From the NCBI RefSeq assembly GCF_009914755.1, contig NC_060932.1: 64,000 bases of DNA; one strand, 5' to 3'. Made by a program: the position numbers and the translations under genes. Origin of the DNA: the human T2T-CHM13v2.0 reference genome, Homo sapiens. The notes below the pieces were generated by a model, which worked only from the letters and a program-made list of their open reading frames with translations, searched no databases and was not told the origin of the DNA. This document shows positions 14,706 through 28,399 of the stretch, one piece after another. Each line of letters opens with the position of its first letter. Positions within the stretch are counted from its first letter, which is position 1.

Positions 14706-15359
14706 ATCACCCTGTGTACTGATTTAAGTGTAGACTCCCGAACCCACACACAGATCCAGACAGAATTGAAAACACATTCACCAGGTGATGTTCAGGTTCA
14801 CAAAAGCCTGAGCGCCACAGCTTCAGAGCCCCTAGAGGCTCACCATTCCTCAACGGAGCACGTCATTCCCCACCCTCTGCCTAGAACAACCCCTCTTCCT
14901 TCTCTGCTGATCCCTGCTTGTTTTTCTAGACCTAGCTTGACTGTCATCTGCCCCATGAGGCATTGCCAGCCCTCGCAGGAAGAGTAAATGATTTCCTCAA
15001 CTCCCCACACTTATAACTTGATATATATACAACTATAATAACTTGTATACCTGTCTGATCTCTGTTGAACAGGACCTTGTGCTTTTTTAATGAAAAGTAG
15101 ATTTTTAATTTCTTAAGGTGATCTGGAGGTCAGAAGTGATAGGAATAGGAAGTTCAAGCCCAGTGTCTCTGGCCTGTGGGACAGCACCAGCCACACCCTT
15201 CTCCAAAGCCCTGAATTTGAATATAAGGTCAGACCATGGGTACTAGGGAGCCATTGAGTGTTCTTGAGCAGGGCATGGCTATGTGAGAGCAGGGTGGTGG
15301 GTGGCTGGAGGAAGACAGTGTGTCCTGGGGCAGTTGCCCCTCTTCCTCTCTCGGGTTTA

Positions 15360-15556
15360 GAGTGGGGTTTCTCTCCCTTGTGCTAACAACATCTGGGGCT
15401 GGATTATTCTCTGTGGTGGGGGCCATTCCAGGCATTGTAGGATATTAAACAGCATTCCTGGCTGCCACCCACTTGACGCCAGTAGCACCTCCCGGTTTTG
15501 AACACCAAAAATATCTTGAGACATTACCAAGGATCACCCTCTGGTGAGAGGCACTG
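15360..15556 (-). mobile_element. MER20 DNA transposon
   Basis: attattctctgtggtgggggcc...cattgtaggat...cagcattcctggc...gacgccagtagcacc. Confidence 0.85.
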
Positions 15557-16462
15557 TTTTGGAGTGGGAGGTGTGAGATCAAACAGAGAGAAGGCCAAAT
15601 CCAGCAGGCTGGACTTGCTGCTACACCCATCCATCCTGTTTTCTCCGCTGCAAAACGGGTACGTGAGTGTCACATGTAAGAGTGTCTGGAGCCACGCAAA
15701 TGCTCCATAAACATGAGCCAGGCACCTCATTACCACGAGTTCAGCCCCCTTATTATATAGAGGATGATGCTGAGGTCTGGAGGCCTCCAGGGCAGGAATG
15801 CAGGATTTTCTACCAGCTTGGGTCACCTGTGGGCCATCCATCTGATTTTGCCAGACTCAGTCAGTTACTCCTCCTGAGCAATCAGCCACGAATCCTGATG
15901 CGTGCAAGCCAGTAGGGAACTTATGATTTTCCTATGACTCATTAAGACAAACACACTGCTATTTTAAGAACATTCAACCTTGTTCTACCTAAAATTTTTG
16001 CATCACCTACTGGTGGCCGGATATCACGTGGGAAAGGCTGAGCTAGCTGTAGGTATACAGCAGGCACTCGGCAAGTCTTAGTTTTGGTGAATAGTGTTTC
16101 CACATTGGGTCAGCACATATGGACCCAAAGTGTGGGTCAGGAGCTTCTTGAGAACCAGAACGCCCCCTTCACTGCCAGCAAAGGGTCCTGGATGAGGTGA
16201 GCAGAGCAGAGAAGAGGAAACTGGGCGGGGCGTATGTTAGGGCCAGGTCAGGAGCGTTGAGAAGCGAAGCTGGAGACGATGGTATGGTCTGCACATGCCG
16301 CTGAGTGGCAGCACAGTATGCTGGCGAGACCACGGCCTTCTAAATCCAAAAGACTGTGTTTCACCCTGCTGCGCCCTTACTGGCTGCATGACCCCAAGTA
16401 AGACTCCCTGACTCTCCATTTCCTTGTCTGAAAAATGGAGATGGTACCACCTATTTCCCAGG

Positions 16463-16950
16463 TAGGGTTGCCAGATGAAATGCAGGATACCCAGACGCAT
16501 CTGAATTTCAGACAAATAATTTTTTTAGCCCAAGTAAGTCCAATGCAATATTTAGGACATACTTTTAATTTGTGTTGTTGTTGTTTCTTTAGAGAAACAG
16601 AGTCTCACTCTGATGCCCAGGCTGGAGTACAGTGGCATGATCACAGCTCACTGCAGCCTCGACCTCCTGGGCTTATGTGATCCTCCCCCCTCAGCCTCCT
16701 GAGTAGCTGGGACTACAGGTGCCTGCCACCATGCCTGGCTTTTATTTATTTTATTTTATTTTATTTTTGTTGTAGAGATGGGGACTTGCTGTGATGCCTA
16801 GGCAGGTCTCAAACTCCTGGCCTCAAGTGATCCTCCTGCCTCAGCCTCCCAAAGCACTGGGATTATTTTTACTTTAAAAATTTATTGTTTATATGGAATT
16901 CAGATGCAATGGAGCATCCCGTATTTTATTTGCTAAATCTGACAACCTTA
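16463..16950. mobile_element. MER53 palindromic MITE, split by an Alu
   Basis: TIRs tagggttgccagat / atctgacaacctta; central gtccaatgcaatatttaggacatactt. Confidence 0.85.
16563..16865 (-). mobile_element. AluJ nested in MER53
   Basis: Antisense AluJ, slightly 5'-truncated. Confidence 0.9.
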
Positions 16951-17640
16951 TCCAAGGGTATCACGGGGATTAAAGAAAATGATTCCAAGGGCCTGTCAGA
17001 GGCACACATACAGTAGGCGCTGTGTTTTCTAAGCGACAGCACTTAGGAAACAACAAGAAACCATTAACATTCCTTGAGCAAGAGCACGACACAGCCATCC
17101 ATCTCAGAGGGTCTAAATTTAGCTCTGGCCAAAAACAATTATTTGAGATTTCTTAACATGCCTAGAAGTAGAAAGTCAAAGTCATTTAAAATATATCACG
17201 TAAGTAGCTTTCAATTATAACTTTATCTTTTCCAGGTTCCGCCCCAGCAACTTTGTAATCTAGCGTGTTTGAAGTGTCTAAAGACTCCCAGCATAATGAA
17301 TGGGGGTAATCATAGTCTTTCCCAGAATGCCTTGGCTTTGATGATATAGTGTGGCCGCCGCGTGGTCTGACTCGAATGACAATTGACTAACTCATGTTTC
17401 TGCTCAATTAACTTCCAGCCCTCGGTAGCAGAGCTGGGGTTTGAAGCTCTAACTCCTGGCAAGTCCCCTCCCACCAATAACCTCAATCTCCAACCAAGGC
17501 TCTCCTCGAAGAACGGATACATTTATCTTTCATAGCTGACTCCTGGGAGCAAATGAAAAAGTTAATAAATTAGCAGAGGAAATCATATGGAACTTAAGCA
17601 AGGTGTATTTTTCTCTAGGATCGCAAAAGAATCAGATGGG

Positions 17641-17812
17641 GGCCAGGCGCAGTGGCTCACCCCTGTAATCCCAGCACTTTGGGAGGCTGAGGCGGGCAGA
17701 TCACGAGGTCAGGAGTTCAAGACCAGCCTGGCCAAAATGGTGAAACCCCGTCTCTCTACTAAAAATACAAAAATTAGCCGGGCATGTTGGCATGTGTCTG
17801 TAATCCCAGCTA
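17641..17812 (+). mobile_element. 3'-truncated AluS (no tail)
   Basis: Intact 5' end; stops abruptly at gtaatcccagcta. Confidence 0.9.
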
Positions 17813-17814
17813 TG

Positions 17815-18450
17815 CAGGGCAGACTCTGCCAAGCTAGGTGACCTCCAGTTTCTTCTTCCTGCTTTTTTGGTGTGGGATTGGACGGCTAGAGGCAAAATCC
17901 CCTAATTTTTCCTACAGCCAGGTGTGTCTATGGGACTCAGCTCTAACCTATGGGTTGTAGTTGAAAGTGACATGTACAACTCTCATGTCACTTGTTGAGG
18001 ATGGCACCCACTAGTCCAGGCTCCTGGGTGAGGTCATAAGACAGAAGCCTGGACCTAAACTTGAGAGAATAAACTTCTGGCCAGGCACGAAGGCTCACAC
18101 CTATAATCCTAGCACTGAGATGCCAAAGCGGATCACTTGAGCTCAGGAGTTTGAGACCAGCCTGGGCAATATGGTGAAACCCTGTCTGTACAACAAAATA
18201 CAAAAAAAATTAGTCAGGCTTGGTGGTGTGCACCTGTAATCCCAGGTGCTCAGGAGGCTGAGGTGGGAGGATTACTTGAGCCTGGGAAGTGGAGGCTGCA
18301 GTGAATTATGGTGGCACCACTATACTCCAGCCTAGACGACAGGGCAAGACCCTGTCTCAAAAAAAAAAAAAAAAAAAAGAATAAACTTCTGTGTTCTTAA
18401 AGCCACTAAATGTCACTGGGTCACCTTGTTACATCAGCCTAGACTTTACT
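17815..18450 (+). mobile_element. Old MaLR/ERVL LTR (MLT1J/K-like), split by an Alu
   Basis: aataaacttctgtgttcttaaagccact...ttgttacatcagcctag 3' signature. Confidence 0.5.
18079..18378 (+). mobile_element. AluJ SINE
   Basis: TSD agaataaacttct on both sides. Confidence 0.92.
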
Positions 18451-18626
18451 CCACATAGCTCAGTTAATCTACGGAACTCAATTTTCTCAGATCAGTTATG
18501 CTTAGGATGAACTCCAACACTGTCTAGACCAAGCCCTACAGGGCTGTTATAGGTGGAATTGTGTTTTCTGGAATATTCCTATGGTGAAGCCCTAACCCCC
18601 AGGACCTCAGGATGGGACAGTATTTG

Positions 18627-19529
<903 letters not shown>

Positions 19530-20282
19530 TTTGGACACAGGATATTTGAGAGGTGATTAAGTTAAAATGAGGCTGTTAGGGTGGATCTTTACCCAACAGG
19601 ACTGGTGTCCTGCTACGAAGACACAGACACACATAGAGGAAAGGCCAGGTGAAGACATGGAGAGAAGACGGCCATCCACAAGCCAGGGAGAGAGGCCTCA
19701 GGAGAAACCAGCCCTGCTGGCACCTTGATCTTGAACTTCCAACCTCCAGAACAGTGAGAAAGTAAATTGCTAGTGAAGCTGCCCAGTCTGTGGTACTTTG
19801 TGATGGCAGCCAAATGGATGAATACAAGGACACTGTATAATGCAGTTTCTGCAAGTGGGGCACCCCTGCTGTCCTGCAGCTGCCTGCTTTCCAGAAGGTC
19901 CCACCTGGCCCACAGCTCTACAGTGAGTGTCCCACCACCACTCCCCTTCCACCTCTATTTATTCCCTCCCTGGCATCAATCACACTCTCTGATTCTATTG
20001 TTATTTATCATTGTACTCACTCACTGGTGCCCTGTCACCATGAGGGTCTCCTGGCCGCAGCAGAGTTCACTCCCTTCATCCCCATTCTATCGCCAGCACA
20101 TGGCATCAGGCATGACACAGAGGGGTGCTCAAGGACAAGTGTCAAGATAATGAGTTACTGGTGATTTAGATTCAAATATACATAAATATGTCTAGAGAAC
20201 TACAATGGCTCAACTGAAGGCAACTTTTGGGGGAGCAGAGAGATTTCAGGGCCAGACAGAGAAGTCGTCCCTGAAGAAGAGC

Positions 20283-20805
20283 TGTGTAGTGGTTAATTCT
20301 ATGTGTCAACTTGACTGGGCCACAGGACACCCAGATATTTGGTTAAATATTACGCTGGGTGTTTCTGTGAAGAGGTTTCTGGATGAGATGAACATTTGAG
20401 TCAGGAGACCGAGTGGAGTGGACAGCCTTCCCCAGTGTGGGTGGCATCATCCAATCCACTGAGGATCTCATTGGAACAAAAAGTAGGAAAAAGAGAATCA
20501 ATCAATCAATCAATCTCTTTTTCTCTCTCTCTGCCTGACTGCTTGAGGTGGGACATGAATCTTCTCCAGCCACTGGAATAAAATTTACAGGATTTACACC
20601 ATCAGCTCTCTTGCTTCTCAGACCTTAGGCTTGGACTAGAACATCAGCTCTCCTGGGTCTTTATCTTGCCGACCACAGATCCTGCGACTTCTTAGTTTCC
20701 CTAATCATGTAAGCTAATTCCAATCCATCAATCAATTAATCAATCAATCAATCTCTGACTCCTCAGAAACTTCATTCTGTTGCTCTGGAGAAACTAATGA
20801 ATACA
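20283..20805 (+). mobile_element. MLT2 (ERVL) solo LTR
   Basis: gtggttaattctatgtgtcaacttgactgggccac start; ctggagaaactaatgaataca end; (TCAA)n tracts. Confidence 0.85.
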
Positions 20806-21183
20806 AGTTTAGACAAGATGAGCTGAACTTGGCACAGGTACAGAACTAAGGGGTGGAGAGGAGTGGTGGGACTTTCCCTCAAGTCCAGCTGAAGTGGGCA
20901 TGCTGGTGGCCACCTGGAAGAAAGGGGTATGGGTGAACTGCAGGAGTGGTTGCATTTGCTGTCACCCCTTGAGATCCCAACAGTGTTGCTGGGAGACCCT
21001 CCTGTTAGTCTTCCTTCACAGACGACGCTTGTAAAACTGAGGCCTGGGAGAAGTACTGCTTTGATCTGAGAACGATGGCAGAACAGCCAGCCAGGCAGGG
21101 CTCAGAGCGGCAGGCTCCAGCCCAAGGCTGCAGGACTGGAAGCCACAGTCCAGCATGGGCGGGAAGCCTCTCCACTCATGTGA

Positions 21184-21499
<316 letters not shown>

Positions 21500-21600
21500 A
21501 AGCAAACGAGGCTTGGGAAAATGAATGTTTACCCAAAGCCACGTGGCTGGTGAGGGCAGAACAGAGATTAAACCAAGGACTGGCTGACTCCAGAAGTCTT
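21500..21600 (-). mobile_element. MIR fragment
   Basis: gaggcttgggaaaatgaatgtttacccaaagccacgtggctggtgagggcaga. Confidence 0.6.
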
Positions 21601-21787
21601 TCCACTCCACCACGCAGCTTCCTTAAAGATCACCCAGCCCCACCTTCTCATTCTACTCATGAAAACACTAGGATCCCAAAAAGTAGGTGACTCCATTGTA
21701 TAACATGGTCAGTGAGTGCCAAAGCTAATTGTAATGCTCAAATCTCCAGTTAAATTCTTTGTCCCCTGGGGCCTGCGGTACCCACCT

Positions 21788-22003
21788 TGTAGGTCCTAAT
21801 CCTCCAGTCAAAGACCACAGGAACACACCTGCAGCTGGACAAGTCCGGTTTATCACGCGTTGTAGCCAAGGAAAACACACTCCATCGGGGAGCGTGGAGT
21901 GTCCCAGTAAGACGGTGTTCAGAAGGACTTAGTCAAGGGTTTGGGCATGTGTTAGGTGGTTTGAGGAAGGCAATACTCCAGATTGGATGCTGTCAGGAAG
22001 CAG
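21788..22003. mobile_element. Old LTR fragment (MER76-like, tentative)
   Basis: tgtagg start and gtttatcacgcgttgtagccaagg-type LTR sequence; family from memory only. Confidence 0.4.
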
Positions 22004-22269
22004 CATCCTGCTTCCTGAACAAACAGGGTTCTTTGTCCCATGGCCATGAAAATTCAGGCCAGAGTCCCTGCTAGAGCACTTCCTGCCGCAGCTTGAATTC
22101 CAGGTTCCACACAGGAAGAGGAGGGGCCAGGCTCCTCCCTGCTGCAAACGGCTCAAACTTCCCAAGTCTCTACCCCAGTGGGCGGGCTGGTTAGAGTTTC
22201 TCCAGGAACCCTCTCCCACCTGGCTGTCTCAACAGGAAGAGCAGTTCCCAGGAGAGAAACCCCAGGTAG

Positions 22270-23700
22270 CCAACAGACACATGAAAAGATACGCAATGTC
22301 TCTGGCAATGAGGAAAATACAAAGTAGAGCAACAATGAGATGTCCTCATGAGAGGTGAGGCCAGCTGGACTTCCTGGGTCAAGTGGGGACTTGGAGAACT
22401 TTTCTGTCTTACAAGAGGATTGTAAAATGCACGAATCAGCGTTCTGTAAAAACACACCAATCAGCACTCTGTAGCTAGCAAGAGGATTGTAAAATGCACC
22501 AATCAGTGCTCTGTAAAATGCACCAATCAGTAGGATCCTAAAAGTAGCCAATAGCAGGGAGGATTGAAAAAAGGGCACTCTGATAGGACAAAAATGGAAC
22601 ATGGGTGGGGACAAATAAGGGGAATAAAAGCTGGCCACCCCAACCAGCAGCGGCAGCCCTCTCGGGTCCCCTTCCATGCTGCGGAAGCTTTGTTCTTTCG
22701 CTCTTCACAATAAACCTTGCTACTGCTCACTCTTTGGGTCTGTGCCATCTTTAAGGGCTGTAACATTCACCACGAAGGTCCATGGCTTCATTCTTGAAAT
22801 CAGCAAGACCACAAACCCACTGGAAGGAACCAACTCCAGACACACTCAGACCCATCAGATTGGCAAAACATCAAAATACTCATCAGGCAAAGATTGGGAA
22901 AGATGGAGAGAAACAGGAAATCCCATACTAAACATCAGAGTATAAATTCATAGGACTTTGCAGAGCAAATTGGCAACATCCAGTTCAGCTGAAAATGTGC
23001 ATACTCTGATCTTCCAGTTTAAAATCTGTAAATGGCCTGAAAAAATTCTTACATATGAGCCTAAAAAGACATGTACAAGAATGTTGATTGTACATAACAG
23101 AAACAGAACAAAACAAGTCCCCCCAAATGGAAATAACCTAATGCCCACCACAGAAGAATGGATAAGTCAACTGTGTTATATTCAGACATTGGAACACCAT
23201 ATGGCATTTAAAATGAAAGAACGAGAGCTACATCTATCTGCTTTGAATAAATTCCAGAAAGAATGTTGAGAAAAAAGCCCAAAAAACAAAAACAAAAAAA
23301 ACCCCAAGATACAGTGGGACATATTTACAACAAAGATACCATTTATATAAATTTTTAAAACAGGAAACAATGCTTTATAATTTTTATGGATATACAGCCT
23401 ATGTGGCAAAAATATAAAAATGTGAATGGAAATGATGAAGGCTGAATTCGTGAGAATGATCTCCTCTGGCGGGAGAGGGAGGGAGAGGAAAAGATCCAAG
23501 AAGGGTACACAGGAGGCCTCAATTGTTATCTGTCATGTATAATTTCTTTAAAATAATTCTCTGGCAAATATGGCTTAATATTAAAATTTGATGAAGCTGG
23601 ATAATGGGTATGTGAGTTTTTATTCTTTATTCTTATCTGTATGTTTCAAACATTTATTGCTTTATTCTTTATTTTTATCTGTATGTTTCAAACATTTATT
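22270..23700 (+). mobile_element. Old L1M (ORF2 end and 3' UTR), split by LTR12
   Basis: acacatgaaaagat...atgagatgtc|gacccatcagattggcaaaa...gacatgtacaagaatgttgattgt...gaatggataag. Confidence 0.75.
22349..22844 (+). mobile_element. LTR12F-like (ERV9) solo LTR
   Basis: tgagaggtgaggccagctgg...aactccagacaca; tandem caccaatcag units; aataaaagctggc TATA-like motif; perfect TSD ctca. Confidence 0.92.
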
Positions 23701-23702
23701 GC
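23619..23702. repeat. 42-bp tandem duplication (2 copies, 1 mismatch)
   Basis: tttattctttattYttatctgtatgtttcaaacatttattgc at 23619-23660 and 23661-23702. Confidence 0.95.
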
Positions 23703-23831
23703 TTCAAGCAATAAATTTGCTCTTTGATTTGAGTGGGAAGAGGCAAGTTCATTTTTCTAAGCAGGGACAATAGAAACAGCAATGAGGGAACCAGGAGAAC
23801 TAGACTGGAAACTGTAGAACTGGGAACTATG

Positions 23832-24035
23832 CAGCCTGGACAACATAACAAGACCCAGTCTCTACAAATAATTTTAAAAATTAGCCAGATGTGGTGTTGT
23901 GTGCCTGTGGTCCTAGCTAGTCTGGAGGCTGAGGCAGGAGTGTCGCCTAAGCCCAGGACATCAAGATCATGCCACTGCACTCAAGTCAGGGTGACAGAGT
24001 GACATCCTGTCTCAAAAAAAGAAAAAAAGAAAAAA
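23832..24035 (+). mobile_element. 5'-truncated AluJ
   Basis: Partial left arm plus right arm; agaactggga on both flanks. Confidence 0.85.
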
Positions 24036-24254
24036 GAACTGGGATGGCAGAAAGAGGGACGGAAAAGGATCTAGAATGTTTTCAGGTTCTGAAAGTGTCC
24101 CACCCCCAATCTAATTCTGGACTCCCACAATACCCTGTGTTTTTATCTATCACTACTCTTTCCATATCCAATAGAAATCTGTTTTCAGTACTCACAGTGT
24201 CACCCCATCATTTTGCTTATATCTATTTTGTCATATGTTTATATAATTGATACA

Positions 24255-24852
24255 TGTTTGAAATGCTTGTTCCCTGGTGCTGCAAAGAAATAGCATTTGA
24301 ACACAAATTTAATTTTCTCAGCAAGGCCATTTTTACTTTCTGCAGAAAGGGTACACTCACGAGCAATTTTGCCAGTAGAGTACACTGAACAACGGAGACG
24401 GGGTTATTTATAACCTGACACGTCCACCCTACTGCTGTGTCCAGTTTCCACTGGCTGGAACGGGACCTCACATTCTGTATTTGTCCTGATTGGCTAGCAA
24501 CTTAGAACTTTTTAAAAGAGGTAAAGGCAGAGGAGAACAAAGGAAGAAGGGAGTAACTTGTGGAATGCTGAGAAAGGTAAAAAGGTAAAAACACCTTCAA
24601 ATAAGGAAGAGGAATAGGCTATGACCTAATGCTTCCTTGGACCAGTATAAGCATACCAGGGCAAATATTTAGGCTAATTTGTGGGAGCTAAGAACACAAA
24701 GTACATTGATTTCTTTGTTACGGCTAGCAGATATCTAAGCATGTTAGCACAGGTCTTTGAATAAATTTTGCTTCTAAGAGAAGTTACTATTTATTCCTAA
24801 TTAGACGGGAGGAAAGTCTCTTTGAAGAGGAACATCTACTTTACTTTTTATA
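24255..24852 (-). mobile_element. LTR10C-like ERV1 solo LTR
   Basis: Reverse complement begins tataaaaagtaaagtagatgttcctcttcaaagag and ends aagcatttcaaaca; TSD taca at 24251-24254 and 24853-24856. Confidence 0.8.
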
Positions 24853-25009
24853 TACACAAAGGTGGTTATCTCAGAGTGGCCAGGATTTCAGATGATGTCT
24901 ACTTTCTTTATTATGTACTTTTTTAATAGCATTTGAATGCTTACAAATTAAGAAAATTAAATTTCCAAACAAAAAATGAATTCTTTTACAGACGAAATTC
25001 TTTTCTCTG

Positions 25010-25162
25010 TCCTGTGTGTCTGTCTGCCTATCCCAGAATGAAACATCCTTGAAGGCAGGAAGCACATCTCATTCAGATTATTTCCTCCTCTGAGCCTAGC
25101 CCTGCCCTGGCTCACAGCAGATGATTGGCATCTGCTGAATGAATGATGGGTGAATGAATGAT
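25010..25162 (+). mobile_element. L2 3' end
   Basis: tccttgaaggcagg...ctgaatgaatga terminus. Confidence 0.65.
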
Positions 25163-26409
25163 GTGTCCTTCAGAAGAAAGGCTAAAGTAGGGAGGAAGGA
25201 GGCGATCAGGCAGGAGGGAGGGACTAAGAATCAGAATCCTCACTGGGCTTTGCTGCCATAAAAGTCAAATGTGCTCTAAGATGGGAAAAGAGTACTACAA
25301 CTTATTTAAAGGTATAAAAAACAAGCAAACGAAACAAACAACGATGCCCCACTGAGCCACGTGGCTTTCACAGACACAGAGCCTTAGAATAGCATGCAAC
25401 CTTAAAGACACCTTGCCCTATTGCTTACTTAATGCCAGAGTCCTTCCAACGACTTTCCCAATTAACTCTTGCCCCTTGCCGACATTAGCCTCTCCCAGGT
25501 GTGGCCATTCTATCTTTGGCTGGTTCTGTTGGAAATTTCTTTTTGATAAGGTGAAATCCTGTACTCTCCATCCGGATCCTGCTTCTTGGGGCCATTAAAT
25601 GGAAGATGAACCTCTTTGGAGCTTTCATTCAGATCTAAGATGGGACAAGGCACATTTTCTGTGAACACCTGTGCTTTCCAGTTTAATAAAATAGCCCAGG
25701 TACCCAGCATGGAGAGGGTGCCTGAGGCCAAGGAGCTAATGGAGGAGACTCCCTGGGCTTGGAGATGCAAGGCCTGGAGGGGCCAGGGCAGGGCCTTCCA
25801 TCTGGAGAGCTGAGCAACCCTCCCTCTCCACAGGCTCCAACCGAAGATTCCTGAGGCCCAAGGAGAGAGGGTAAACAAAGGAGGCTGACCTGGCTCTCTG
25901 ACAATTCTACGTCTTTGAGCTTCCAGGTCCTCCTCTAAGTGCTTTCATTTAATCTTCACTGAACTCTACGATGTAGGGACTATTATCCCTCTTGAAGGAA
26001 TGAGGAGGCAGACACAGAGGTTGCAGCCTGTGCTCTGACCCACTCGGCCATGCAGCCTCCCTTCATGTCCTGATGTCCCGAACAAGGAAGACAGCCGTGG
26101 CCCAGGGCTGGAAGGCAGGGCACAGGACCGTACCATACATTCCCAGTGTGGTGGGACAGAGCCCCGGAGGAGGTGTGAATCATGCACTTGGAAGCGCTAG
26201 GCCTGTTGGTGAGAAGCAAGTGCCCATCAAAGCCTGTAGGACATGCATCAGGGGCAGGGTCACCTCCAAAGGGAAGAGGCAATCTGTCTACACTCTAGAT
26301 AGGCTGCATCTACACTCTCATCTATATGATACACACATGGGTGGGAGGGTTTGTGTGTGCATCTCATAGATGTACTCTTAATCCAGATTAACTCTGGCTT
26401 TAACATTTA

Positions 26410-26690
<281 letters not shown>

Positions 26691-27780
26691 GAAACATATC
26701 TAGTTGTGAACTAGCAGCCAAACCTTCTGAGCCTGAGTCCACAGTGCTTGTCATCACTGACCAAAAAAATTAAAAATTTTCTGAGACCCAGATAAGAAGC
26801 TGGAACTCTTCCTTGCTACCTTGAACTCACGCTGTCTGCTCACTTCAAACGGCCTTACAATCCCACTATTTCACTGTTCGATGTCTCAGTCTGCACCTTC
26901 GTCAGTGTAGAGGTGCAGATTAATTCCACAGGCTTAAGTAAATTCAGTCCTCATTCCACAATCCCAATGTGGTGAGCACAGGCCAGACAAGGGGCCACAC
27001 AGATCTTAGGAGAAATGGAACCATTTTTTTCTGTTATTTTTCTTTTTGATACCATCTGCAGGGACACGCAACAGCGAAAAGCTATAACTGCCTGAATGAG
27101 GATTTTTCTGTCTACTGAACTGCCCTCTGAAATCCCAAAGGATAATCATCTCTGAACAGCAATGTCATATTGCGCCCCCTTCTTGGGATTTACTTCCCTG
27201 AAAGCAACTATCTCAACCACAGCCCAGCATCATCTCAAAGGCAAAGACAATTCAACATAGTCCTGGCCTCATCTCCCTCTAGGTGTCTGGTAGAAGTGAG
27301 AGAACCACATACAGAAGAAAATGGATGGCCACTCCCCTTCACTTTCTCCCGGCAAGCTCTACTCAAGGCAAAGTGTGTTCCTGCAGAAAAATAGGGAAGA
27401 AGTCATAGTTTGAGTCTGAGTGACCATTTCAACAGAGAGAGGCTTCTTATTGGTCCCCAACCAATGGGCACCAGAAAACATTCAAAGAAACATCAGATAA
27501 GGAGAGAAAGATCAAACACAAGAAAAAGAGAGAAAAGAGAGCAGTCATCCAAGACAGGAAGAAATTGTGTGGACAGCAGCAGCAAAGGGCTTGGAAGAGG
27601 AAGAAGGGGAGAAGAACGAATGACAGAGGAAGCATGGAAGGAAAGAGACCCAGACACAGTAAGTCAGCCAGAGACAGAGAATGGACACAGACATGCAGAG
27701 ACAAATGCAATGAATACCCAAAACCCAACAGACAACACACACAACCTCCGGCAGAGGTCGTTTGTCTTAAAATAATCCAA

Positions 27781-28399
27781 GCAGATTGCAAATTAGTTCA
27801 ACCATTGTGGAAGACGTTGTGGTGATTCCTCAAAGACCTAAAAACAGAAATACCATTCGACCCAGCAATCCCATTACTGGGTATATACCCAAAGGAATTT
27901 AAATCATTCTATTATAAAGACACACGCATATATATGTTCCCTGCAGCACTATTCACAATAGCAAAACATGGAATCAATCTAAATCCCCATCAATAATAGA
28001 CTGGATAAAGAAAACGTGGTACATATACACCCTGGAATACTACACAGCCATAAAAAAGAACAAGATCATGCCTTTTGCAGCAACATGGATGGAGCTAGAT
28101 GGCATTATTTTTAGCAAACTAATGCAGGAACAGAAAACCAAATGCCCCATGTTCTCACTTATAAGTAAGAGCTAAATTCTGAGAACACATGGGCACATAG
28201 AAGGGAACAACACACACTGGGCCCTGTCAGAGGGTGGAGGGTGGGAGGAGGGAGAGGATCAGGAAAAATAACTAATGGGTACTAGGCTTAATACCTGGGT
28301 GACAAAATAATCTGTACGACAAACCCCCATGACACAAGCTTACCTATATAACAAACCTGCACATGTACGCCTGAACTTAAAATAAAAGTTGAATAAAAT
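27781..28399 (+). mobile_element. 5'-truncated older primate L1PA 3' end
   Basis: L1 ORF2 end and 3' UTR with poly(A); TSD aaaataatccaa / aaaataacccaa at a tt/aaaa EN site. Confidence 0.92.

Larger units (their letters stand above)
14250..14820. mobile_element. MER5-like DNA transposon split by an Alu and GA-rich tail
   Basis: cacctgcatcagaatcacctg before the Alu; ccaggtgatgttcaggttcacaaaagcctgagcgccacag after it. Confidence 0.6.
16340..17020 (+). mobile_element. MIR, interrupted by MER53 and an Alu
   Basis: cttactggctgcatgacc...ttccttgtctgaaaaatggagatg before; ggattaaagaaaatga...cagtaggcgct after. Confidence 0.65.

Noticed and set aside
22405-22530. CRISPR-like spaced repeats (tgtaaaatgcaccaatcag)
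   Set aside because: Normal LTR12 U3 tandem units in a human context; no unique spacers and no cas genes
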